Positions 40,933 through 53,966 are shown, numbered from the whole stretch's first letter. The stretch is 62,947 nt of DNA, filler included, from Choristocarpus tenellus KU-1152 (GCA_964200185.2; 12 parts of 12 records of this genome joined end to end with filler, not necessarily neighbours in it); one strand, 5' to 3'. Notes: generated by a model not told the origin, from the letters alone. Numbers and translations are program-made.

Positions 40933-42933
40933 ACTCGTCCCGTTCCTCCCCTAACGAGTGAAATTATCCTAAGAGGGTACGAGTTTTGCCGTGTTTGTCC
41001 GTTTGGGGCTTGACTTCCCACGAGTTTTTTTTAAATTGTATTTTCCTACTCCGAAATGTTTCGGATCAGGTGAAATGTGTACGTTATGAAAAGGTGTGTC
41101 CGGAACAAGGATATTGACACTTACTTCCTAACAAACACGATAGAGTCAAAATTATATCAAAACTAGAACATTGGATTCTTGCCCCCAAACGGACGCGACT
41201 CTGCCCTCTAAGATACTTTGACTCTAACCTCACTTTTCCTGAAGTCCACTAAAACTGCTACTTATCCTTTCCATTTCTTCAACCCTCCTACTTCGATATG
41301 ATTCAGGTAGCACTCGTCCTATTCCCACCCCTCGCGTGCAGTTATGCACAATATACATAACTTATCCCAAGCATTCCTTCACCCCGTTTGTAAACTAGTA
41401 TACATAAATGGTCAATCGCCCCATTCAAGAATACCTTTGCCTTCTGTGGAGCAATCTGTATGATGTATGATAGCGTTCACCTCATTCTTACATAGACATC
41501 TTTTCTACCCCTCTATGTATAAACTTATTCAATGTGGTACTCAACTTCTTCTGCACACTAGTAGACGGAGTGCTACTAATGTCACTGAGGGTCTATCTTC
41601 TTTAGTGTGTTACACACATCAGGTACCAATCAGTTTATTGACACCACAAAGTCTTTCCTTTTCTACCTTTGTACAGGTAATTATACCACACATCCCTTGC
41701 CAATATTTTGAGATCTTCTGCCCAGTGATACGCTCATGCTAAGTACCACTTATTGATAATATCTTCACCTACCCCTCCCAGATACTTTGAGCCTATACAC
41801 TCTATTTCATTGATTCAAATGCATAATAATAGTGTGTGCAAAATTGGTATTCTCCCTCTACAGATACAACATGACACCCCAGGCCAACAAAGGCTCTTTC
41901 CATAATTGTACAAAACGACGTCTTTTTCCTCTTCTCGGGATCCTTCAAACGCAATCCTGCCTACCTCTCAGAAAAAACCCCCCGTGGCAATTCATTATTT
42001 CACTCTAAATAATAATATCAAAAACTCCTCTTCCTAGGCCCACGTTATTTTTCGATCCTGGGAAAGTACGTCTATGTCAGACCACAAGTACTCATCGGAG
42101 TGGTTGGGTTAACCCTCCTTTGTCATGGAAACAATGTGTGTAGCGTTTATTGAGGGTGTGGGGTAGATCGAAATCCAATTATTGGTGGTAGAAGTAGTAG
42201 CACGGTTTTGAACAAGATAGTGATAGAGCGAATTCTGCAGTAAGCAATGAATGCACCTCAGTGTCGAAGTTGTGTTGCTCCAAAAAGGATTAGTTGGGAC
42301 GCTAACCACTTGAAAAAAATGTCGTGTACATAGCAGTAGCAAGCCGCCACAATAGGGTAAGTAGTAGTCCACTCTTAACAAGAACATACCACTGTCATCG
42401 ACGAGATGCATGCGTGGAGGGAGGGCACCCACCTGCTGCCATATTTGATCAAAGAAAGAAGGCACAAGATGTGCATGGGGAACGCGACATTGAAGTTGGT
42501 CGTAAAGAGCAGCATACGCAATCAAACCTATCCCACTGTTGATTACCTCGAAATCAGTAGGAACAGAGGAAGAGCCAGGTGAATGCAAAACAAAAGCCAA
42601 CAGGGGAGAAATCGTAGACAAGGGACAATTAACAAACAAGAAACGGCGAAAGGCAATGGACACATCACAAACATATCATTCCTACTACAGTGCACGCACT
42701 ATCCAACGTACTACAACATGACATCAATACATCTTACACACCAGAGTCAAACAAAACGAATCATGGAGAGGGGTAGCGATATCCAATTGATTTGGGATGG
42801 AAGTGAAGGCCGTCTCATTTCCCACAGGAATTGGAGCATCAAACCACCCTCAAGTATGTTTTCCCTGAGCTTCAAGCTCACAAGTCTCCTTCACCACTCG
42901 CAATGCATGGACTCCTTAGATATCCCTTTTACT

Positions 42934-43112
42934 GACCCAAAGTATCTGGGGGGGGGAGGGGGAACTACACCAGGGCGTCCATTTGGGCCATAACCAGGAA
43001 AAGTCCACCTATATTATCCTTCCGATGCATGTAACCAAATGACCCAAAATCGCAAGATTGAAAAATTGGCCCCAAATGGACAGCCGCCACCCCCTCCCAG
43101 ATACTTTGAGCC
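42934..43112. mobile_element. 179-bp poly-G MITE; partial copies at 1-58, 13841-13916, 21481-21537, 39210-39282, 41768-41793, 53717-53753
   Basis: TIR GACCCAAAGTATCTGGG / CCCAGATACTTTGAGCC; no clear TSD in the full copy. Confidence 0.88.
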
Positions 43113-43259
43113 CGAACATGATGCCAGAGTATCACGCCATAGAAGATGATGTCAGGGTTGATGAAGCCCAGATTGCTCTCTGTACAACCGCCCAAACCAG
43201 GGAGAGCAGGAAAAGCAATTGTCCGCACTGGTTGGGAGTACGAAATCCAGAGTAGAACA

Positions 43260-43829
43260 CAGTGATGTGAACTGGGGAACTAGACCTTCTTCGGGAACAT
43301 CCCAAGGCTTTTGGGAACACCAACTGGAATACTTCTCACTTATTTCGAACCACTTTTAGGCGTTTTAGGTGACGGTTTAAATGATATTTTCACATCATGT
43401 TAGAGAGTTTTCTTGATCATTTGGTCATGTTTTTGGTAAGGGTTAGGATTAGAATTAGGTTCAGATATAGGGTTAGGCATAGGGTTAGACACAGGGTTAG
43501 GTTTTCAAAAATACGTGCGAAGAAGTGAAAACAAAATGCATTGGAGGTTCCCCAAGGACAGTGAGGGTTCCTGAACGCAGGGGATCTCCCCTGTGCACTG
43601 CAACCCAATCCCCAAAAACATGACCAAATGTCCAAGAAATATCGCTAAAAAGACGTGAAAATGTCTTTAAAACGTCCCCAACAACGCCTAAAAATGGTTC
43701 GGAAACACAACTAATTGGTTCTGCAATGACGTCAAAATGGTTCAAAAATGAGGTGAGAAATATTTTACTAGGTGTCCCCCAAGCATGGGGGTGCTCCCGA
43801 AGAAGATCTTACTCCCCTGTGCAACACAC
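43260..43829. mobile_element. Foldback-type non-coding element with ~170-200 bp imperfect inverted arms around a degenerate TTAGGG core
   Basis: Left arm ...GACCTTCTTCGGGAACATCCC...TTTGGTCATGTTTTTGG mirrors right arm CCAAAAACATGACCAAA...GCTCCCGAAGAAGATC. TSD not identified. Confidence 0.8.
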
Positions 43830-44602
43830 AGACAGAAGTCATAGGATGAGCTCGACACTGGAGCACTTATCATCATGAACGAAGCCACGTGAGGCGATGC
43901 AATTTAAGTGTGGCATTTACGAACTCGTGACCCTGGAAATGTTGAAGGATTCAGTGCGATCCCTTGTATAGCTTAAAGGAGAAGCCATGGTCGACAGCTG
44001 GCGGGAGTGCGATCCTATGGCTGGCACTGATTTTAACATGCACAGAGAGAAATGTGAACGCGTATGCAGTGTGTTGGTCAACGTACATGGCAAGTGTGAT
44101 GGACGAATGCGGAGCAGAATCCGAGTTCCCAAGGCTTTCCGAATATGGCTGGAGCTGGAGAGATTGCCTAGGTAAGATAATGCCATAATCCTACCCCAAG
44201 AAGATGGTGGAACAAGTGAAGACGATCAGACCAGGTTGCAATATTCCCAAGGAGAGGTTGCGGCCAGTCGACCAAGGAAGAGCAGGAAACAGAATCTCTT
44301 GACCACACTGCCCAGGGGTACACGATTGGTACCAAATCACAGTTAGGAGGCATAGGATGAACTCCACAGGAACTCCATCCTGAATCATTTGCCATGAGAT
44401 ACGATGTCAAGCAAGGTGATATCGACTCAGTCCAGGTCTCCTTGGTCATGCCCAGTGCATGTCGGAGAAAACATCACGACCACTTATGGTGCCAAAGGCT
44501 ATNNNNNNNNNNNNNNNNNNNNNNNNNNNNNNNNNNNNNNNNNNNNTTAATTAATTAANNNNNNNNNNNNNNNNNNNNNNNNNNNNNNNNNNNNNNNNNN
44601 NN

Positions 44603-47600
44603 CTTTGTGTGTGCGCGCGGATGTGTATTTGGACTAAGATCAGCTCCCGAAGGGACCTGTCCGTCACATATACATGTAAGAGGAATTTCGAATCTTACAT
44701 GAATTCTTACGTATGTATACTGTTCGCGCATTTTGGCACGCAGAAAGAAATGCTCGCGCTATTCGCCTGTAACATGCCTCCCAGTGTGAACTAGCAATAC
44801 ATGTTTCACGCTTACCAGAGGCGATTGTCACCAGTAAAGGTAATAGATATCTTCAACCACCTCAGATCATCCTGTGGCAAGGAGAAAGAAAGAAGAAAAA
44901 AATACCTGACTCCTACTAGGCCCAAAACATATATCCTTACCAACTTGGAAGAATTTGTCAGCATCTGACCTAATTGGAGTATACATTTGCTCTTTCTAAA
45001 GTACAGCTACTCTAAAGTGCCAAGTATCATCTGATTATTGCCTGTCTCATGCCCCCCAAGCACGAAGCATACTGACGGCTGCTACTGCGTAAGACAGGCA
45101 ATAACATCAACATCAGCATTATTTAAAAAAAATGAGACAAGGGACAGAAAAGAGAGGACTGAAGAAAGAGCAAAATAAGAAATTAAGGGGATCAGGTACC
45201 TGGTCTGAAAAAAAGAGAGATAAAAAAATGAAGTAAGAGATAGATAAAAAATAAAAACAGAAAAAGAAAAAGAAAATGCAGAATAAAGGGGATCAGGTAC
45301 CTGGTTTACAGAAATATATATATATATATAAATCCTATATAAAGTAATGTCTGTTCTGATATGGGTTGCTCCATGGTTCCAACTTCTGCTATCCTACGTT
45401 CGATGTAGGGGTTACCTGTTTCACGCTTACCACAGCCAATAACCATTATCTGGATAGTAAATATCCATCACCTTAGATGATGCTGCGGCGGCATGCATAA
45501 TTGCCTTTTGGTAACATAGGGGCTTCAGTTCCGACTCTGCCAGTTGTTTCCAACATAGGGATTCCAGTTCCAACTCTGCCCGTTGTTTCCAAGAGAGGGA
45601 CTCCAGTTCCAACTCTGCCAGTTTTTTCCAACATAGGGACTCTAGTTCCGACTCTGCTAGTTGTCTCCAACATAATAGGGACTCTAGTTCCGACTCTGCT
45701 AGTTGTCTCCAACATGGGGACTCCAGTTCCAAACTAACCCATGGATTCCAACAATGATCAACAATCCCCTAGTTTCCTTCGAGAACGGATCCTCAAAAGT
45801 CGTAAGGCACAGTCAAGATCAATATATGTCTGACCAGATAAAAGTATATACTATTATTAAAAGAAATATATAACTCCAACTAGCCCCAAAACAGGTCAGC
45901 AAATATCCTTGTTGAACCTGGGAAAATTTTCCCAAGGGTCACGGAATACTATCAGAGTCAGATTGCCCCTGACCTAGTCTGAGTATACATTTGCCCTTTC
46001 TGACACACACCTTCAAAATTTACAAAGTATATATCTCTGACATGCCCTAAAATGAATGGATCCCCAGTTCCAATCACTCTAATCACAGCTGTGATTAATT
46101 TATCCACGTTCCCTTCAAGGTGTCCATAAGATCACACGATGCAATCTCCGTTAAATTGTGTCTGGCCTAATCCAAGTATACACTTATTTCTTTTGAACTG
46201 GACCTTCAAAAGTTACAAAATACATAGATCTGATTGGGCATACAATTCATGCATCTTTTGTTCCAATCTTCCCGGTTATATAAATGCAAGTCCTATCAAG
46301 GATTAGACTTACATCATTCATGATCTACTCGGCATCTGATTATTGCCTGTCCTATGCCCCCCAAGCACAAAGCATACTCAAGGCTGCTAGTAGTGCGCAA
46401 AACAGGCAATGACAAAAATTAAGATAAATACATAAAGAAGGGCAATGCGAGCAACAGATGATACAAATAATAAAGAGAAACAAAATAAATAAAAATAAAA
46501 TGGGCAATAAATAGAAAATAAATAATGTGTGGATGATGAGGGTAACAAAGTGGAAACTGAATAGTAAATGAAATAAAATAAATTGAAGAACAATGAAGTA
46601 AGAAGAAAAAGAAAATAAAAAATCGGCAAATTAGGAGAGTAATAACTATGGAAAAAAGAAAAAAGAAATAAAAAATCAGGGGATGATGGGATGAGAACTA
46701 AAAATAAATAAACATTAGAAAACATAAGTGAGATATAGAAGATTAAAAAATATCAAGATCACGGAGAGTTGTTACGATATAGAAATAGGAAAATAGATTT
46801 TAAAAAAGTGGTGAGTTCAGTGTTTGTGTTTTCTAAGGACTTCATTCAGCCTATACAACCGATGTATATTAATGTGTGGTCTAATGTGGGCAGCTTCATT
46901 TTAACTTCTGCTGTCTAATGTTCCTTTCAGTGGCTATGATTTTCACTGCTTTAATCTCTTGTTCTAGCATGTACCGGCTGAACCTCACCTTGTCCTTCAG
47001 GCATCTGTTGTAACCGGCTGGGAGGTTTTCTGGAGGAGGCACTCGTCTCTCCTGCTGAATTCTCCCTTACCTCGATTCTTCAACCGTACCCTCCAGTAGA
47101 GTGACTTGAACTCAAAAACTGGACCCTGTATCCTACCTGTCTCTTCCGATTTCATCCTTCCACAATGTTTGACACTAGTATCAATAGGGAAGAGGCGTAA
47201 CACATCCTATCGGGGCAAGAGTTGTTCTTGGGTGGGAACATTAGTTAGGCATGATCTTTTGTTAGGGTTGTGAAGGTCCTAGAAGGAGGCATGATTAACA
47301 TCTAACTGTAGTAAGGTAAAGCTGTTCATTTCTTCCGTTTTGTTACTTAGTCCGACAACTATCCATCTTAGACCTTTCCTTTGTATTACAATGCCATTTG
47401 CTAAGGTCTGACAAGGGTACACTGTTACTGCTCGATCTGAGTGTTGGAATGTTGACAAAATGCACCCATGGTAACAGTGGTGATGGCTGGGAGCATTTAC
47501 CTTCTCTAAATGACAGGTCCCTCTAATGTTGTCTGCAAATGATGCTCCTAAAAATAATTTCGTAAGGCAGCCCCACCATTATCCTAGAACCCATATTGCG

Positions 47601-48428
47601 CACTTTTTCCTCTGGGGAAAACGCTATTGGAAGTTTTCATGACCTCAATACTAGCATTGGTGGAATATTGCACCCTCTTTGGTTTGCTGCATGTATGGTA
47701 CCTTTGCTTGCCATGTTGAGCTGTGGTAAGCAATTTTCACAAGAATAGATGAGACCTGCACCTGTGTCAAGGAATACCTGGACAAGCATTCTCGAGTGGA
47801 CTCTGCGTGGGTGACATAGCAGGGCGTATATCGATACTTGACTAGTACTATAGGCCGGTGTCATGGTGAATAGTATCGAGGTGGAAATGAAAGTCTAAAT
47901 GTCTATAGTTGGAATGACATGACTGGAAACTCAGACTCCACGGTGTAACTTCAAGTGGACTCTGCAGCGTCCGAATCGGTTGGACTTCTCGCTAATAGTG
48001 GAGGGATTTTCGAGTCTTGCATCGCTGCTACATACTGGAGATGTGTATCTTTTAAGGCTACCATCGTACGTGACTCTGCGGTAGATTGAGTACCCGGAGG
48101 TCCTCGATGGGTTCCCAAAAGGTATGGGGGGATTCCCCTGGGAACTAAGGAGTCGTTTTAAATATCTGCACTCGTCAGTTATGTTACAGGCGCCCCTCAA
48201 TGCTCACCTTTCCAGGATGTACAAGTCGAATCCAATTTAGAGATTAACGCACGTCAGCTCAGCAGAAAAATAGTACTCTCAGGTGAATCAAATAGCACAA
48301 GGAAAGTGTGTAAAAATGGTATCAGTAAGAGAGAACTGAATCAGTAGGGCTTCTCTGGGTCAGAAGAACTGAGCCGTTTGGAGCCGTTTTTAGTATCTCT
48401 TATTATCATTTACCGTTGGGGCTTCTCT
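44603..48428 (-). mobile_element. Second copy of the non-autonomous Gypsy element; LTR parts at 44603-44774 and 48182-48428
   Basis: VFLDTGAG protease; FPIDTSVK...GPVFEFKSLYWRVR Tudor-like remnant (46997-47203); PPT GGGAGGCA|TGTTACAGGCG. Confidence 0.85.
45513..45735. repeat. 39-bp minisatellite (~5.6 copies) inside the LTR element's 3' region
   Basis: Unit AACATAGGGACTCYAGTTCCRACTCTGCYAGTTGTYTCC; only ~1.6 copies in the homologous site at 17776-17838. Confidence 0.92.
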
Positions 48429-48528
48429 NNNNNNNNNNNNNNNNNNNNNNNNNNNNNNNNNNNNNNNNNNNNTTAATTAATTAANNNNNNNNNNNNNNNN
48501 NNNNNNNNNNNNNNNNNNNNNNNNNNNN

Positions 48529-49980
48529 CCTCGTAGTCCCGCTCCATCCCCAATTTTGAAAATCCTCTGTTCAGTGGAGTGGCCCTGGTCTTGGTATCCC
48601 TGTTGACAGACTGTGCTGGGGCAATGTTGATGTCCAGAGGGGTCTTGTTTTGCCGGTCCGCCCCCGCAGGAGATATTACCCCGTGTCCTCACAGGTACCT
48701 TTTCTTAGTGGGTGTCTCCTCCTGGTCTTTCCCCCCTTTTTTCTTCTCTTTCCCATCATTGCCTGGCTTCCCCCTCTTTTTCCCTTCCTTGAAGTGATCG
48801 AACTTGCAGTACCCGTTGCGTTTAATGAAATCACACTCCCTGACGTAAGTGCAAAGCACGGATATCCGTGTCTCCTCTCTTCCCCTGATGTGGACATTAT
48901 TCCCCATCCGTTCTTCAGGCCTTGGGGACTTCGACAACTGTTGTTCTCCCCACATGCCCATCCTCTTCATTGACCCTGGCCTAGGTTCTGTGCTGTACAG
49001 AGATGGCAGAATGTTCCTAGCCCGCCCCAAGGTTATGTCCAGCATTGTAAATCATGGCAAAAGGGGGAAGGGGGAGCCACACATCTGGGGCCGGGGGCGT
49101 GGCATACTTGTGGCGTAGTATATCTGCTGCCTGCAGTATTTCCTTGAGCCATGCATCTAGATCTCCTGCCACTGCTTGATTATACCAGGTCTACAATTCT
49201 CCTTATCAATCAGTACCGGTTTATTCGAATTATAAAATGTTTGCACCTTGCTTCTTGCCTCCTCCAGTTCTTCTATGACCTCAGTTGTCCTCCTCTGTCC
49301 CGTCTTCCATGCCTCCCAATAGGGGCATATTTTAATCGTTGCCGCCACAAAACAGTCAAGGTTGTCTGGCATGTCATAACTGCTTTGTTTGTGGACCTTC
49401 CAATTTTCCTTTGGGGATAAACTCTTTCACATTGAAGGCTGTCAATTGGCTCAATTGCTCCGTCACCTCCTCTGTGACATCGGATGTCTAGTTGAGAATG
49501 TACTGCAGTTCTTCTCGTATTGAGGACACATCCCTCTCCTGGAGAAAAAGGGACGTACCCCACCAGTGCATAGTATCTCCTAGTGTTGATTCTTCTCCAG
49601 ACTTGGATCATTGTATTCTCCTTCATCCTTTCTGCAAGAGATGAGAACCATCCCATCCCTCTCCCTTCCCTTGGAAACCCCTCTCTCCACCCATTCGGTG
49701 GGCTCATGTCATTGAAAAGGGGGGCGTTTCCTAATTGCGTCTCCTAACATTGCCATACGTTGATTCATTCCTTTCGATAGTCTAGCTACGTTCTTGAACA
49801 TTGTTCGCTGCTTATCCTGTATGTTGCCTTGTATCCTCCTAACCCATCCTTTGACTTGCTTTTCTGATCTCCTGTTTTCTTCCCCTCACTCTCGTCAATG
49901 TCTGCTATGTTAAAGAAATTGATGTATGACTCGATTAATTCCTTATTGAGTAGAACAGGTTGTAGATGCAGCAAGTACCG
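48529..49980 (-). mobile_element. Decayed non-LTR-like coding remnant (possible APE endonuclease N-terminus and Cys/His finger)
   Basis: ETQL...GWREG...GRGMGWF and CDFIKRNGYCKFDH occur in broken frames; assignment tentative. Confidence 0.35.
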
Positions 49981-51369
49981 TGAAAAGAGGTGCGAACATC
50001 CAAGCGTGAGGGGGGGGGGTTCTTGCCACCAAAACTATTCTATTCTGTGAATGACTATTCAAACTAATCACACATTACTTCCCCACAAATCTTCGTAGTC
50101 CTGAACCCCTACATATTCTAGTTCTTGAAACCCAACCATATGTTCTGTTACTCAGCACACAAACATTGTCTCTTCATCCTTAGATTGTTTCTTGTACTAC
50201 AGAATATTTGTTTACACAATGAATAAAAAGCATATTCTTAACACGCCATGTGTTTTCTAGACCAATCGATCTCCTCCCGTACCCTGTTAGCTACCATTTC
50301 TGTTCGCTGGTCGCTCTTTTCCCTGGACCCCTTCACTTGTTCAAATTCCCTATCTTTCCTTTCTCTTCCCCATCTCTACTTTTTTTCTCTCTTCTCCCTT
50401 TCAGGTCCTTTTACATCAATGGACTGTTCAATGTCGCCTTTCTCCTTTGTTCGACCATGCTCTTCGAAAGTTTTCTTGGAGGTTGCCGTGGTCTTATCCC
50501 TCCTTGCCCGCTCCTCCACCCATACTTCATAACTCACTCTGCTCCAGTCGTTCCTACCTCATTCCTCCTTCTACCATTCGTCTATTTTTACTTCTCATGT
50601 ACTTCTTTTGTCTCACAACAATACAGTCTTTAAATTTCGGTGTACCCTTCAATTCTTTTCTTCTATCCATACCAACACTCAGATTATCGTACGTATTTCC
50701 CCTTTTTTGGGGATTATCACTCACACAAAACTCATACTGCTTTTTATACTCTATACTATATTTTATTATTATAACCGCTGACATTTTAGAGATGTATCAG
50801 AAAGAAAACTCATGAGAACTATTCACATCTCTAAAAAATCCCTAAAAAAGTAACAGTTGTCTGTCACAATAGGGAAAAATGTTCATCAATTTCCTATTTC
50901 CTATTTTACTTACCACTATCTATGTTGTGCTTCTTTATACCATCGAACATTTTCCAGATGAGTTAGGGGGAAAACCAACTCAGATTACTTCATAAACTTC
51001 CTCTTTATTTGTATTATTATGCCCTCTGACACTTTGCAGATTTGTCAGGGGAGAAGCAAATGAAAACTATACATATAACAGTGGATTTTCAAAATTGAGG
51101 CAGGAGCGGGACTATGAGGAAGGTTGTTTTGCGAAAACTGTCTCAAAANNNNNNNNNNNNNNNNNNNNNNNNNNNNNNNNNNNNNNNNNNNNTTAATTAA
51201 TTAANNNNNNNNNNNNNNNNNNNNNNNNNNNNNNNNNNNNNNNNNNNNGCTTCGACGATTGATTCCCAGCTAACTCTAACCCTAATTACTACAAAATCGG
51301 TGTAGGTACTGTACTACTTTTTCCAAGGATTCACTTTAGACTTGACACTAGGGTTATTTCCAGGATCGT

Positions 51370-51855
51370 GGGACACGCATTTTGGAATGGCTAAGGACCC
51401 ACAGTAGAAAAAAACACCCCAGGATGTGTTCGTAGAGATTGTGATAGGATAGGTAGGAAATGACAGTTCCACCATATTACTTCCTTCCGAAGATTTGTAG
51501 TGGTGATGTGCTAGGGAAGTTTTGTTGAATGTAGGAGACGCTGGATGTATTGCTAAGGACCTTGCCATTTCATGCATTGTGGGAGACGCAATGTGACATC
51601 GCTAAGGACTTGCAGGAGAAGGTACCCCATAATGTTTCCACTGGAGGCTACAATAGGGAGGTAGATATGAGGTAGGATCTGTGTTCCAGTGACCTGCAGT
51701 AGTGATGTACTAGGGAAATTTCGTTGATTGTAGGAGACGCTGGATGTATTGCTAAGGATCCTGCCATTTCATGGATTGTGGGAGACGCAATGTCACATCG
51801 CTAAGGACTTGCAGGAGAAAGCACCCCGTAATAATGTTTCCACTGGAGACTGCAG
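51370..51855. repeat. ~200-bp direct duplication with five GGA(G/C)ACGC-N10-11-GCTAAGGA sub-repeats
   Basis: 51500-51652 is near-identical to 51699-51854; motif copies near 51371, 51534, 51582, 51733, 51782. Confidence 0.85.
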
Positions 51856-52689
51856 CAGGACAGACGTTTAGAATTGATGACTGATTTTTTGTACTTACAC
51901 AGACCCAATGTCAACATTGATATTAGGGTATATTTATTGCATTGTTCTTGAGAGAGTTAGCAAACGTTTGTTTCTTTCTTGAAGTTTTCAGAGAAGTAGA
52001 TTCTACGGGTGTATAGTGTCCGCACAGCAAGGGTGAGTGTTCGTAGATAGTGCTGCTGATACACGTAGACACCACCGGTGGATTAGATAGTAGGGTGGAG
52101 AGCCAGTGACAGATATATTATATNNNNNNNNNNCATAGTGTTGATAGGTTTTGATATCATGTTCAAGATACACGTTCTATACTTAAGACAAGTAAATAAG
52201 TGATTCATAGTAAATTAGTGTGGATGATTACAAACCCCACACTGTAGAATAATAATGGTAGTCTGCACTGGTCTTACCCACATATCCAGTCAGCGGAATC
52301 GAGACCCTAAGGCCCCTTGTAATATTACCTTTACTCATCTGCATCAAGCTGTTCTTTGTCCTTCACTAAAACACCATAAAAGCCGCGGGTCCAGTGTGGG
52401 ATGCTTCAACAGATGTAAGGTTGTGCCTCGTCATCAGGTGGTCAAAATCGGGTGGCGTCACTATGACCCTGGCATACATAATTATATGCCCTCAAACAAT
52501 TTGTAAATGTGTGAGGGAAAGTCAAACCTGTATCACAAAGACCCCTGCAAATATAACAGTAGTTGTCGCCAATTCTAATACACTTCTCAAAAAAACATGT
52601 ACTATTTTAAAGCCAACAACACAGCAATATCCCCTTAAGGGGTCATTCAGCGTAATGTTATGTGCACGCTGCCCTGCTTATAACTCAGA

Positions 52690-53262
52690 TTAGCCCTACA
52701 AAGGTGGACGAGGAGCTAGGGAAAGATCTCAAGAACTATGAGGCTCCTTCTTGCCCACCTGCCTAGTGTCTCTAGGTTGGAAATGCATGATGTGTCTCGA
52801 AGGAGTCACTTGTGCAGTAGCGGACACTACCTATATCAAACAGGACTTGACAGCCCTTCTCCTACAATATCCTCCAGCCCATCTCCCCCCTACTGCAGGG
52901 TTGGCCAATTCATCCAAGAAACTCTCTACTTGCTTTCCAAGTGACCCAAAGCTTTCCACCATGAAGGTGTTGAGTTTAAAACTACAAGAATACCATATCC
53001 ATGCAGAAGTCCTGGTTCACTGTCAACAGGCTACCATCCTCCATAGAGCACAAGCGATGCCCATCCCCCTGCAGAGTTGGCCTAGCCGTTTCACCTTAGG
53101 CGTGTACTGGCGTTCTTGTCCTCCCGGCCTAGGGCAGGTACAAGCATGTTTGGTAGGACCTCCTCTCCCCCTAGAGATCTGCTGATGGTGAGCCTAAACT
53201 GCACAGGAGGAATCCACCGTGGTGGTTCTAAGGGCTGTGTGGAGGCTCATGCATTTGACTCT
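52690..53262 (-). mobile_element. Older, internally deleted copy of the CRE-like LINE
   Basis: Segments match 30070-30370 and 30590-30840 (e.g. GATGCCCAT.., GGGCAGGTA..GCATGT, GAGGC.CATGC). Confidence 0.75.
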
Positions 53263-53898
53263 GCTATAAGGCGGTGACCGCTTACATAGGTACCAACCCT
53301 CAACAAGGCGGCACAGAGCCTATGAACCGTTTTTCTTGTCTTGCCCTGTTCATTTCGCTCATTTCGTTTTTCTTGGTGATTTCTTCCCCTTGAATTTGTT
53401 TTCTTTTGATCTCTATACAATACACTACTACTGTTGTCTGTTCTCTTGTTTCCTATCCGGTGGCACCAGGGTATGTCTGACCTGTTCGCCCTCCTGTCCC
53501 TTTCTGTGAACTCGAGTTTTCCTCACAAGTCCAAGACTTCGAATTAATCTGGGGCCTATGTACTACAAAGAAATACAATAGTGTTGGAATACTAAACTCT
53601 GCATACAAAGTACTCATACTTGGTGGATGCAAATAATGGTGTGTATCCTATATATCGGGCAGAGTCCGCCCTGTATCGGATATGTTTGAAGAAAGCATCG
53701 ATTTATGAAGGGTAAAGTCCCAAAGTATCTGGGGGGGGGGAGTCTACATCAGGNNNNNNNNNNNNNNNNNNNNNNNNNNNNNNNNNNNNNNNNNNNNTTA
53801 ATTAATTAANNNNNNNNNNNNNNNNNNNNNNNNNNNNNNNNNNNNNNNNNNNNTGTAATGGTGGGGGTCTGGTGTTGTGTGGGGGGTGTGGGGTTGGT

Positions 53899-53966
<68 letters not shown>

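Noticed and set aside
39383-44502. Possible coding remnants at 39383-39720, 42100-42930 and 43840-44502 (also 3861-4224, 11100-12500, 19280-20330)
   Set aside because: They look like decayed coding or TE sequence, but no diagnostic motif could be supported by eye; they need tBLASTn or Dfam searches.
45427-45737. Repeat-peptide ORFs (ELESLCW..., MLETTSRVG...)
   Set aside because: These are translations of a 39-bp minisatellite that is open in several frames; most other short ORFs in the track are similar low-complexity or antisense noise.
48171-48181. TAACTGACGAG as an unusual primer-binding site
   Set aside because: It lacks TGG, and the same sequence is internal to the gag-like region in the other copy.
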